Assembly: GCA_030390025.1 (NCBI GenBank) | Contig: CM059431.1 | Span: forward strand, 141,920,001-141,980,000 | Direction of reading: 5' to 3' | Length of the DNA: 60,000 bases | From: Squalus acanthias | Taxonomy: Eukaryota | Part shown: piece by piece, positions 47,861-60,000 of the stretch | Position numbering within the stretch: the first letter of the stretch is position 1 | Layout of the letters: each line of letters begins with the position of its first letter | Program-made: the position numbers and the translations under genes | Notes under the pieces: generated by a model | What the model saw: only the letters and a program-made list of their open reading frames with translations | The model's database searches: none | What the model was told of the DNA's origin: nothing

Positions 47861-48177
47861 TAGATGTGAGAGAAGAACATAGTCTATACTTCCCGCTCCC
47901 TTTGCTATTCTGCTGTAACCATCTACACCCACTCTGGACAAAGCGTATCTCTTGCACTATCTCAACTCGCATGCATTGTTGAGGTGTGGATTCGGTCTGC
48001 ATCATCAGAAGTAAACCCACGAGGACAAAGATGGGGCGAAACTGCATTAAACGCAATCGCTGTTTGTGGTACTTTACAGCAAGTTCCCTCTTTGACCGTC
48101 TCCCCTCCGTGATGGTCTATTTCTAGCTCACAAACTGCAACTTAGCTAAGTCGTTTTCGGTTGTCCCGATTATTATA

Positions 48178-48700
48178 AAAAAGGATATAGAGGCTCTGGA
48201 GAAGGTTAAAAAAAGATTTTCAAGTATGATAGCAGAAATGAGAGGGAAAAAATATCAGGAAAGACTGAACAGGCTGGGTCTCTTTTCTCTTGAAAAGTGA
48301 ACGTTGAGGGGTAGCCAAATAGAGGTCTTTAAAATTATGAAAGCTTTTGATAGAGTGGTTACAGAGAGAATGCTTCCACTTGTGGGGAAGAGCATAACTG
48401 GAGGCCATAAATATAAGAAAGTCACCAAGAAATCCAACAGGGAATTGAGAAGAAACTTCTTTACCCAGAGGGTGGTGAGAATGTAGAACTCGCTACCACA
48501 GGAAGTGGTTGAAGCGAATAGTGTAGATCGATTTAAAAGGAGGCTTATTACATACATGAGGGATAAGGGAATAGAGGTTTATGTTGATAGGTTAGATGGG
48601 GAAAAACGGGAGGAGGCTCGAGTGTAGCATAAACGCCGGCATGGACGGGTTGAGCTGAATGGCCTGTTTCTGTGCCGTATATCCCATGTAATCCTATGCA
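48178..48700 (+). mobile_element. CR1 3' fragment
   Basis: IEVFKIMK, RRNFFTQRVV. Confidence 0.88.
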
Positions 48701-48833
48701 ATAAGGCTGACGAAATGAAAGGGCACCGAAATAGGGAGCAGCAGGAAATTATCATAAACCACAATTCATCGATGGTAAAAAAGACTGGCGAGAAATTGGT
48801 CACGGAGAAGACAAAATCCCTAATTAGAAGCAA

Positions 48834-51800
48834 AGAGCCGTCTGCACAGATCGGGATTAAACGGAGTGGACTTGAACAGAGTGCTTTATTTGGGAATTTG
48901 GGGAAAGTGGGAATTTCTGGTAAGTATTACGTTAGTAGAAGTTGTAAGAAGTGAAATTTAGTTCAAGATTTTCATTTTACCCCAGAAATTTAAAAATTGT
49001 AGTTTGCAGAAGTTGCCAGCCAGTGGCAGTTCACTGTCAGTCAGCTGTAAGTGTTTGTCTTGAATCGGCGCTAATCACCAGGAGCAGGGGAGCTGAGTCA
49101 GCACTTGTAAATTGGGTGAGGCTCCTTGAGTATAAAAATAAACATTTCTGCAGAGCACAGAGCGATCTGCACAGAGCGGGATTAAACGGTGTGGACTGGG
49201 TCAGTGTGTTTTTTGGGGAATTTGGAAAACGTGGGAATTCGGAGAAGAGATGGATGGAGTTGATGCTTTTTGCCTATACTAATTGGACTGATTTATGTTA
49301 CAGGTAGATATTTAATTTCAATACCCTTAACTTAATCTAGATCAAGTAAGTAGTCAAGAAACTACACTGTAAATTAAGTTAGCTAAATACAAATTTAATT
49401 ATATTTAATTAATTAAAACAAGTTCATATAGGGATGGCCGTTCAGGTGGTGTGCCACAACTGCAGCACGTGGGAGTTTGTGGAGAGAATTGTGATCCCGG
49501 ATAACCAGGTGTGCAGTAAGTGCTTGCATCTTGAGGAACTTCAGCTCAGAGTTTTGAGCTGGATTTTGAAGTTGAGACAATGCGGGGCATCAGGAAGGGG
49601 GAGAGTTACCTGGACACTTTGATCCTTAGTGTTACAGGTCTGGTTAGTGGTCAGGGACAGAAGGGTGTGACTGCAACTCAGGCAGGTAAGGGGTCCACAG
49701 GTGCAGTGCTGGAGGAGCCTCATCCTTTGCCCTTGTCCAACAGGTATGAGATTCTTGCTGCCTGTGTGGATTAGGGAAAAGCCTGCAGGATGGATGAGCA
49801 GGCTGACAACGGCACCATGATGCAGGAGGTCATTCAAGTGAGGGGAATGAAAGGTAATGTAGTTGTGGTAAGTGACAGTATAGTCAGGGTGATAGATACT
49901 GTTCTCTGGAGCCGCGACAGAGAGTTCCATAGATTGTGTTGCCTGCCCCTTGCCAGATTAAAACACATCTCCTAGTGGCTGGATAAGTACTTGGAGTGGG
50001 AGGGGGGGAACCTGGCTCAGTGGTCCACCTGGGAACCAAAGAAGTAGTTATAACTACGAATGAGGTTCAGGTGAGGGTATTTTGAGGAGCTAGGATTCAA
50101 ATTAAAAAGCAGAAACTCAATGGTAATAATCTCTGCATTGTTGCCTGAGTCACACGCAATTTATTATCGGGACCAACAGATTAGAGGTTTAAATTCGTGG
50201 CTCAAAGAGTGGTGTGGGAGTGAGGGGTTTCAGTTCATGGGGCACTGGCACCAGTACTGGTGAAAGAGGGAGCTGTACCTTTGGGACGAGCTCCACTTAA
50301 ACCGGGCTGGAACTAGTGCCCTGGTGAACCAATTAATTAGGGCAATAGACAGGGCTTTAAACTAATGAAGTTGAGGGGAGGGGGGAGGATTCAGAGTAAA
50401 TTTTAAATCAACGAGAGAAATGTCAAGATTCTAGAGCAGAGTAGAGTTTTAGGTAAAAATAACTAGTGTGGGTCAGGAGGGGACAGAGAGACTAACAGAA
50501 GTAATAAGGCATCAGTGACTAAGGTTACATCAGGGGAAAATAGAAATAAGTCAAAGCTCAAGGTATTATATCTGACTGCGCAAAGCATTCCCAACAAAAT
50601 AGATGAATTAATAGTGCAGATAGAAATTAACAGGTTTGATCTTATGGGCATAACGGAGACATGATTGCAAAGTAGCCAAACTTGGAAACTAAATATTCCA
50701 GGATACTTAACTTATAGAAAAGATAGGCAAAATGTAAAACGAGGAGGGGTAGCCCTGATAATAAAGGATATGATAAAGTCAGTGGAGAGAAAGGATCTTA
50801 GCTCCGAAAATCAAGTAGTATAATCAGTTTGGATGTAGCTATGAAACATCAAGGGGCAGAAAACATTGGTGGGAGTTGTTTATAGGTCCCCAAACAGTTT
50901 TTGCAATGTAGGGCAGTGCATAAATCAGGAAATTAGAGGCGCATGTAACAATGGTAATTCAGTGATCATGGGGGACTTTAATTTACATATAGACTGGTCA
51001 AACCAAATTTGCAGTAATAGTGTGGAGGACGTATGCATGGAATGTATGCAAGATAGTTTCTAGATTACAATGTGGAGGAACCAATTAGTGAGCAGGCTAT
51101 TTTCGATCTAGTGTTGTGCAATGAGAAAGGGTCAATTAATAACATTTTAGCAAAGGGGCCTTTCGGAAATAGTGACCATAATAAGCTAGAATTTTATATT
51201 GATCTTGAAAGCGATTGAGTTAAATCAAAAACTAGGTTCTTAAATCTAAAGTAAGCAGGTATGAGGGGCGAGTTGTCTAAGGCAGATTGGGAAACAACAT
51301 TAAAAGGTATGATGATAGATAAGCAATGTCTAGCATCTAAATAATTAATACATAACTTACAACAAATATACATTCCTTTAAGGCACAAGAACACCACAGG
51401 AAAAGTGTCCAAACTTGCCTAACAAGAGACGTTAAAGATCGTATTAGATCAAAGGAAGAGCCTTATAATTTTGCCAAAAGGAGTAGTAAGCCTGAGGATT
51501 GGGAGGATTTTAGAACTCAGCAAAGGATGATGAAGAATTTGATAAAGAAATGGAAAATAGAATATGAGAGTAAACTAGTGAGAGACATTAAAACAAACTG
51601 TAAAAGCTTCTGTACGTATGTAAAAAGGAAAAGATTAGCGAAAGTAAATGTGGGTCCGTTACAGGCTGAGACCGGAGAAGTTATAATGGCGAATAAGGAA
51701 ATGGCAGAGAAATTAAACAAAAATATTGTGTCTGTCTTCATGGAAGAAGACGCAAAAATCTTCCCGGAAATAGTGGTGAACCAAGGATCTCGTGAGAATG

Positions 51801-54800
51801 AGAAACTGAAACAAATTAGTTTGAGCAAAAAAAAAATACTCGAGAAATTTATGGGTCTGAAAGCCCTGGACCTGATAGCCTACATGCTAAGGTTTCGACA
51901 GAGGTGGCTATACAGATAGTGGATGCATTGGTTGTTCTTTTCCAAAATGGATGTCAAGGGATATACAAGAATGGATTAGGAAAAAAAGGGAGACTTTTGG
52001 CAGATACAAAGGACTAATAACATTGGAAGCCCTAGAGGAGTATAGAAAGTGCAGCGGGGTACTTAAAAAAGAAATTAGGAGAGCAAAGAGGGGGCATGAA
52101 AAAACACTGGCAGGCAAAATAAAGGAAAATCCCAAGATGTTTTATAAGTATATTAAGGGCAAGAGGATAACCAATGAAAGAGTAGTGCCCATTAGGGACC
52201 AGACTGGCAATCTCTGTGCAGAGCCAAAAGATATAGGTGAGGTTTTAAATGAACATTTTGCATCTGTGTTCACTCTGGAAAAGGACATTGTAGGCATAGA
52301 AATCAGGCAGGCGGATTGTGATATACTGAAACAAATTAGTATTGAGAGGGAGGCGGTACTAGCGGTTTTATCGGGCTCAAAAGTGGATAAATCCCCAGGC
52401 CCAGACATGTATCCCAGGATGCTGTGTGAGGCAAGGGAGGAGCTTGCAGGGACTCTGACACAAATTTTCAGAACCTTTCTGGCCACAGGGGAGGTGCCTG
52501 AGGACTGGAGAACAGCTAACGTTTTACCATTATTCAAGAAGGGTAGTAGGGATAAACCAGTGAATTACAGGCCAGTGAGCCTAACATCAGTGCTAGGGAA
52601 ATCATTGGAAAAATTCTGAGGGGTAGAAATAGTCTCCACTTGGAGAGGCAAGGCTTAATCAAGGATTGTCAGCATGGCTTTGTCAGGGTGGAGGTCATGT
52701 CTAACCAATTTGATTGAATTTTTCGAGGGGGTGACTTAGTGTGTGGATGAGGATAGTGCAGTTGATGTAGTCTACATGGACATCAGTAAGGCTTTCGCAA
52801 AGTCCCGCATGGGAGACTGATCAAGAAGGTAAGAGCCTATGGGATCCAGGGCAATTTGGCACATTGGATCCATAATTGGCTTAGCGGCAGGAGGCAGAGG
52901 GTGATGGTAGAAGGCTGTTTTTGTGACTGGATGATTGGTGTCCCGTGGTGTACTGCAGGGATCGATGCTGGGTCCCTTGCTGTTTGTAGTGTACATTAAT
53001 GATTTAGATATGAATGTAGGAGATATGATCAGTAAATTCGCAGATGACACGAAAATTGGTGGAGTGGTAAATAGCGAGGAAGGAAGCCTTAGGCTGGAGG
53101 ACGATATAGACCGGATGGTCAGATGGGCAGAACAGTGGCAAATGGAATTTAACCCTGACAAGTGTGAGGTGATGCATTTTGGGAGGACTAACAAGGCAAG
53201 AAAATGCACAATGAACGGTAGGACCCTCGGATGGACAGAGGATCAGAGGGACCTTGGTATGCATGTACATAGATCCCTGAAGGCAGCAGGACAGGTAGAT
53301 CAGGTGGTTAAGAAGGCATATGGGATACTTACCTTCATTAGCCGAGGCATAGAATATAAGAGCAGGGAGCTTATGATGGAGCTGTACAAAATGATAGTTA
53401 GGCCACAGCTGGAATATTGTGTGCAGTTCTGGTTGCCACCCTATGGGAAGGATGTGATTGCATTGGAGAGGGTGCAGAGGAGATTAACCTGGATGTTACC
53501 TGGGCTGGAGCTTTTCAGCTATGAAGAGAGACTGGACAGGCTGGGGTGTTTTCCTTAGAGCAGAGAAGGCTGAGGGGGACCTGATTGAGTTGTACAAAAT
53601 TATGAGGGGCATAGATATAGTAGATAGAAAGGAACTTTTCCTCTTAATAGAGGGGTCAATAACCAGGGGGCATAGTGTCAAGGTAAGGGGCAGGAGGTTT
53701 AGAGGGGATTTGAGGAAAATCGTTTTCACCCAGAGGGTGGTTGGAATCTGGAACTCACTGTCTGAAGGGATGGTATAGGCACGATCCCTCACAACATTCG
53801 AGAAGCATTTAGATGAACACGTGAAACGCCATAGCATACAAGGCTACGGAACAATTGCTGGAAAATGTGATCAGAATAGATCGGATTTAATGACCGGCGC
53901 AGAAACGATGGGCCGAAGGGCCTCTTTCTGTGCTGTATAACTCTATGATTCTGTGACTCTAAAATTCATAGATTCTGGAACGGTTCCCGTGTATTTGAAG
54001 GTAGCAAATGTAACCCCACTATTGAAGAAAGGAGGGAGAGAGAAAACGGGGTACTACAGACCAGTTACCTGACATCAGTAGCAGGGAAAATGCTAGAATC
54101 TATTATTAAGGACGTGGTAACAGGGCTCTTAGAAAATAATAACAGGATTGGGCAGAGTCATCCCGGATTTATGAAAGGGAAATCGTGTTTGACAAAACAG
54201 TTGAAAATTTTTCATGTTGTAACTAGCATAATACATAAAGGGGAACCAGGAAATATGGTGTATTTGGATTTTCTGAGGCATTCGATAAGGTGTTACACAA
54301 GAGGTTATTACTCAAAATTAGGGCTCATGGGATTGGGGGTAATGTATTAGCATGAATTAAGGATTGGTTAACGGACAGAAAACAGTGAGTAAGAATAACC
54401 GGGTATATTTTCGGGTTGGCAGGCTGTATCTAGTGGGGTACCGCAAGGATCAGTGCTTGGTCCTCAGCTATTCAGAAACTACATCAATGATTTGAATGAG
54501 GGGACCAAATGTAATATATCCAAGTTTGCTGATGATACAAAGTTGGGTGGGAATGTAAGTTGTGAGGAGTATACAAGGAGGATTCAATGGGATATAAACA
54601 GGGTGAGTGGGCGAGAACATGGCAAATGTGATAAAATGTGGAGAAATGTGAAGTTATTCACTTTGGTAGGAAATCAAGAAAAAGAGATTATTTTAAAATG
54701 GTGAGAGATTGGGAAAAGTTGGTGTTCAGAGGGACTTGGGTGTCCTTGTACACGAATCACTGAAAGTTAACATGCAGGTGCAGCAAGCAATTAGGAAAGC

Positions 54801-55355
54801 AAATGGCATGTTGGACTTTATTACAAGAGGATTTAATTATAAGATTAAAGACGTCTTACTGCAATTATATAGGGCCCTGGTGAGACCACACCTGGAGTAT
54901 TGTGCACAGTTTTGGTCTGATTACCTAAGGAAGGATATACTTGCTATCGAGGGAGTGCAACGGAGAATCAGCAGACTGGTTCCTGGGATGGGGGATTGTC
55001 CTATGGAGAGAGATTGAATAGACTAGGCCTCTATTCTTTAGTGTTTAGAAGAATGAGAGGTGATCTCATTGAAACATACAAAGTTCGTACTTGGCTTGAC
55101 AGGGTACATGCAGGGAAGATGTTTGCCCTGTTTGGGGAGTCCAGAATCAGACATCACAGTCTCAGAATAAGGGGTCAGCAATTTAGGACTGAGATGAGGA
55201 GAAATTTATTCACTCAGAGGGTGCTGAATCTTTGGAATTCTCTAACCCAGAGAGGGCTGTGGACTCTCAATCGTTGAGTATATTCAAGACAGAGATTGAT
55301 TGAATTTTGAATATGAATGGAATTAAGGGATATGGGAATATTGCAGGAAGGTGGA
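48834..55355 (+). mobile_element. Full-length decayed CR1 (outer element, copy B); its 3' tail resumes at 58181-58280
   Basis: Repeated 5' UTR, ORF1 CHNC..VCSKC and VVSDSIVR, ORF2 GDFN and RT motifs; interrupted by two younger CR1s. Confidence 0.92.
51949..53960 (+). mobile_element. 5'-truncated CR1 nested in the outer CR1
   Basis: Same family as 3381-7950; AAAAT at both junctions (51944-51948, 53961-53965). Confidence 0.92.
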
Positions 55356-58180
55356 CTTAAGAACATAAGAACATAAGAAGTAGGAGCAGGAGAAGGCGAT
55401 ACGACCCTTCGGGCCTGCTCCGCCATTCAATAGTATCATGTCTGATCCGAACCTAAACTCACGTCCACGTCCCTGCCCGCTGCCCATAACCCTTAATTCC
55501 CTTATCAGCTAGGAAACTGTCTATCTCCGTTTTAAATTTATTTAATGTCGCAGCTTCCACAGCTCTCTGAGGTAGCAAATTCCATACATTTACCACTCTC
55601 TGAGTGAAGAAGTTTCTCTTCATCTCAGTTTTGAAACGGCAGCCCCTTATTCTAAGTTTATGCCCCCTAGTTCTAGTCTCACCCATCAGTGAAAACATCT
55701 TCCCCGCATCCACCCGATCAAGCCCTCTCACAATCTTATATGTTTCGATAAGATCGCCTCTCATTCTTCTGTATTCCAAAGAGTGGAGGCCCAAACTACT
55801 CAACCTTTCCTCTTAAGTCAACCCCCTCATCTCCGGAATCAACCGAGTGAAACTTCTCTGAACTGCCTCGAGAGCAAGTATATATTTTCTTAATTATGGA
55901 AACCAAAACTGTACGCAGTATTCCAGGTGTGGCCTCACCAGTACCTTGTATAACTGAAGCAAGACTTCCCTGCTTTTATACTGCATCCCCCTTGCAATAA
56001 AAGCCAAGATTCCATTGGCCTTCCTGATCACCTGCTGTACCTGCATACTAACCTTCTGTGTTTCATGCACCAGGACCCCCAGATCCCTTTGTACTGTAGC
56101 ACTTTGCAGTTTCTTTCCATTGAGATAATAACTTGCTCTTTGTTTTTTTCTGCCAAAGTGCATAACCTCACACTTTCCAGCATTATATTCCATCTGCCAA
56201 ATTTATGCACACTCACTTAGCCTGTCTATGTCCTTTTGCAGGTTTTTTATGTCCTCCTCACTCACTGCTTTCTCTCCCATCTTTGTATCGTCTGCAAACT
56301 TGAATACATTGCACTTGGTCCCCTCCTCCAAATCGTTAATATTGATTGTAAAGAGTTGGGGTCCCAGCACTGACCCCTGCGGAACACCACTAGTTACTGA
56401 TTGCCAAACCGAGAAAGAACCATGTATCCCAACTGTCTGTTTTCTGTTAGATAGCCAATCTTCCACCCATGCCAGTATATTACCCCCAATCCCGTGATTT
56501 TTTATCTTGTGTAGTAATCTTTTGTGTTGTACCTTGTCAATTGCCTTTTGGAAGTCCAAATACACCACATCCACTGATTCCCCTTTATCCACCTTGTTTG
56601 TTACATCCTCAAAGAATTCGAGCAAATTTCCCCTTCATAAAACCATTCTGACTCTGTCCGATTAAGTTATGCTTATCCAAATGTCCTGTTATTGCTTCCT
56701 TAATAATGGACTCCAACATTTTACCAACCACAGATGTTAGGCTAACTGGTCTATAGTTTCCAGCCTTTTGTCTACCTTCCTTTTTAAATAAGGGTTTTAC
56801 ATTAGCAGTTTTCCAATCTGTTGGGACCTTTCCTGAATCCAGGGAGCTTTGGAAAATTACCACCAATGCATCCGCAATCCCTACCGCAACTTCTCTCAAG
56901 ACCCTAGGATGTAAGCCATCAGGACCAGGGGATGCATTCGCCTTAAGTCCCATTATCTTACCGAGTACCATCTCTTTAGTGATTTTAATCGTGTTTAGCT
57001 CCTCCCCCCTATAGCCCCTTGTTTGTCCAGTGTTGGAATATTTTTAGTGTCCTCTACTGTAAAGACTGATACAAAATATTTGTTTAGCGTATTTGCCATC
57101 TCCATGTTCCCCATTACTATTTCCCGGTCTCGTCCTCTAAGGGTCCAACATTCACTTTAGCCACACTTTTTCTTTTCATATAACTGTAGAAACTCTTGCT
57201 ATCTGTTTTTATATGTTTTGCGAGTTTACTTTCATAATCTATCTTCCCTTTCTTAATTAATATTTTAGTTATTCTTTTCTGGTTTTTAAATTCTTCCCAA
57301 TCTTCTATCCTCCCACTAGATTTGGCTACTTTAAAAGCCCTTGTTTTTAGTCGGATACTATCCTTTATTACTTTACTTAGCCACGGATGGCTATCTTTTC
57401 TTTTACGCCCCTTTTTCCTCTGTGGAATATATTTTTCTTGAAAGTTGTGAAATACCTCCTTGAATGTACACCACTGCTCCTGTACCGTCTTACACCTTAA
57501 TTTATTTTCCCAGTCCACTTTAGTCAACTCTGCTCTCATACCTTCATACTCTCCTTTATTTAGGCTTAGTACGCTGTTTTGAGATCCAACTCTCTCACTC
57601 TCCAACTGAATTTGGAATTCAACCATGTTATGGTCACTCATTCCAAGGGGATCCTTTACTAGGATATTTTTTATTAATCCTGTCTCATTACACAGGACCA
57701 GATCTAAGATTTCCTGCCCCCTGGTTGGTTCAGTAACATACTGCTCAAGGAACCCGTCCCTAATACACTCTATGAACTCTACCTCAGGGCTGCCCTGCCC
57801 AATTTGATTTGTACAGTCCATATGAAAGTTAAAATCTCCCATGATTATAGCTGTTCCCTTATTACAAGCCCCAACTATTTCCTGATTAATACTCCGACCA
57901 ATTGAGTTGCAACTGTTAGGAGGCCTATAGACTACACCCACTGGTGACTTTTCCCTTTATTATTCCTTATCTCCACCCAAACTGTTTCACTATCCTGATC
58001 CTTTGACCCAATATCATTTCTCACTATTGCAGTGATTTCATCCTTTATTAACAAAGCCACACCACCTCCCTTTCCTTCCTGTCTGTCCTTCCTAATAGTC
58101 AAATACCCCTGGATGCTTAGTTCCCAGTCATGGTCACCTTGCAGCCATGTTTCTGTAATGGCCACCACATCAACATTGAA
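55356..58180 (-). mobile_element. CR1 inserted after the duplication (copy B only)
   Basis: (GAACATAA)n tail; ITETW, YRPP, GDFN, SDHN, FADD in frameshifted pieces; empty site GGTGGA|GATGAC at ~33464 in copy A. Confidence 0.93.
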
Positions 58181-58644
58181 GATGACGTAGAAGATCAGAC
58201 ATGATCTTATTGAATGGCGGAGTAGGCTCGAAGAGCCGAGTGGCTTTCTTTTACACCTATTTCTTATATTGTTATGTTGTTAAGATCGGGGTGAAATCAT
58301 AGAATGATACAGCACAGAAGGAGACGATTCGGCCCATCGTGTCCGTGTCGGCTCTTTGAAAGAGCTAACCCATCAGTCTCACTCACTGCTCTTTTCCGCT
58401 AGCCGAACATTACTTTATCCTTTTAAAGTATTTATCCAAATTCCTTTTGAAAGTTACCAATGAATCTGCTTCTACGGTTCTTTCAGGCAGTGCATTTCAG
58501 ACCATAAGAACTCATTGTGTTAAAATTAGGTCTGCTCATCAACCCTTCTGTTTGTTTTACCAATTGCCTTAAATCTGTGCCTTTAATTTCTCGACGCACC
58601 TGCCAATATAAACCCTTTCTCCTTCTTTATTCTAGGGATCATTC

Positions 58645-59045
58645 ATAGCTCAGTGTATTGCCCTCACGAGTCAGTAGGTCGTGGGTTCAGGTCCCGCTCC
58701 AGAAACTTGAAGTACTGCAACAGTTGAGGTGCCGTACTTCAGATGAGATGTTAAAACGAGGTCACATCTGCCCTCTCGGAGGGATGTAAAATATCCCATG
58801 GTTATTTCGAAGTAGAGCAGGGGAATTTTCCCATGTTCCCTGGGCCATTATCTATCCAGCAACCAACATCACTGAACACAGATTATCTGGTCAATATCCC
58901 ATTGCTGTTTGTGGGTGCTTGCTGTGCAAATTGCCTGTCACGTTCCGTGTCACATTACAACAGTGACTACATTTCATAAAGTATTTGATTGTCCGTAAAC
59001 CACTTTGGCAAGCCCCGAGGTTGTGAGAGGTGCTATATAAATGCT
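58645..59045 (+). mobile_element. Deu-domain SINE, copy B
   Basis: Paralog of 33925-34328. Confidence 0.75.
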
Positions 59046-60000
59046 TTATCAGAACCCATCGTAATTTTGAACACGTCTATTAAATGTTCACGTAACCTTT
59101 TCTGCTCTCAATAATTCCTCTGGGATTCTCCCACTAGGGCCTCTGTAATTTTGGCAGGAATTCCGTTGTGTCCGCACAGGCCATTCTTGGGAACCATCCG
59201 TATTTCAAGGCTGTATGTGTTAGCCAAGAATGCCTGACGGCTAATCATGGTCCTTGCTTTTGATTTGCTCTTGTGGTGTGGCGACACTGGAAGGGCAGCA
59301 TATGTTATTCATACCTAGTTTCCTGAGAGCTTTGTGTATTATACTGGCCTTGCCGGCATCGATCTATCCCAAGAATGATTCGGTGGCACCGCACACGTGC
59401 CGGGCAATTAACATCTCCAAAAATAGTGAGCCTAACAATCTCCCCTTGACATTCAATGACATTACCATCGCCCAATTCGCCCACCATCAATAGCGTATGG
59501 AGCAACTTTGGTCAGAATCTCAACCGCACCAGACACATAAATGCAATGGTGCTGGAGCAGGTGAGAGGCGTGTTATTCTGTGGCGGGTTTCTCACCTCCT
59601 GATTCCACAAAGCCTTTTCATCACCTACAAGTCACAAGCCAGGAGTGTGCTGGAATACTCTCCAATTGTCTGTATGAGATGCAGCTCCAACAACACTCAA
59701 GAATCTCGACATCATCGAGAATACAGTCCGCTTGATGAGCACTCCATCCATCATATTAATAATTCACTCCCTCCACCACCGTCGCAACGCGGCTGCTGTG
59801 AGTAGCAGCTACAAAATGGACTGCAGAAACTCGCCAAGGATTTTTCGACGGAAGCTTTCAATCCACGAACTCTATCACCGAGAAGGACAAGGACAGCAGA
59901 CGTATGTGAACACCATCAACTCCAATTCCTCTCCAAGTTACACACCATCCTGACTTGAAAATATATCACCGTTGCTTCATCGTCGCTTTGTCAAAATCCT

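Larger units (their letters stand above)
52422..60000 (+). repeat. Segmental duplication, copy B (runs off the window end)
   Basis: Colinear with 30305-35287; offset 24714 bp at the right end. Confidence 0.95.

Overview
Vertebrate, repeat-dominated genomic DNA, most likely from a cartilaginous fish (inferred from the mix of CR1 LINEs, Penelope-like elements, a Deu-domain SINE and a GPR139-like receptor). The first ~19 kb is a 26-bp satellite array. It is interrupted by a tail-out inverted Penelope composite carrying a nested CR1, and by a CR1 with an intact 955-aa ORF2. About 430 bp after the array lies an intact two-exon GPR139-like class A GPCR gene (322 aa). The rest contains a variant tRNA-Asn, a minus-strand PYRIN-domain exon with other candidate exons and a promoter, 14-bp and 27-bp minisatellites, many CR1 fragments, and a ~5-kb segmental duplication (30305-35287 vs 52422-60000) whose copies differ by insertions. 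The most unusual structure is a set of small palindromic, TSD-flanked Penelope-type insertions. Two of the three carry minimal hammerhead ribozyme motifs on both strands, and all three share one architecture with the 6.3-kb composite. All calls were made by eye, without database searches, and repeat boundaries are approximate.
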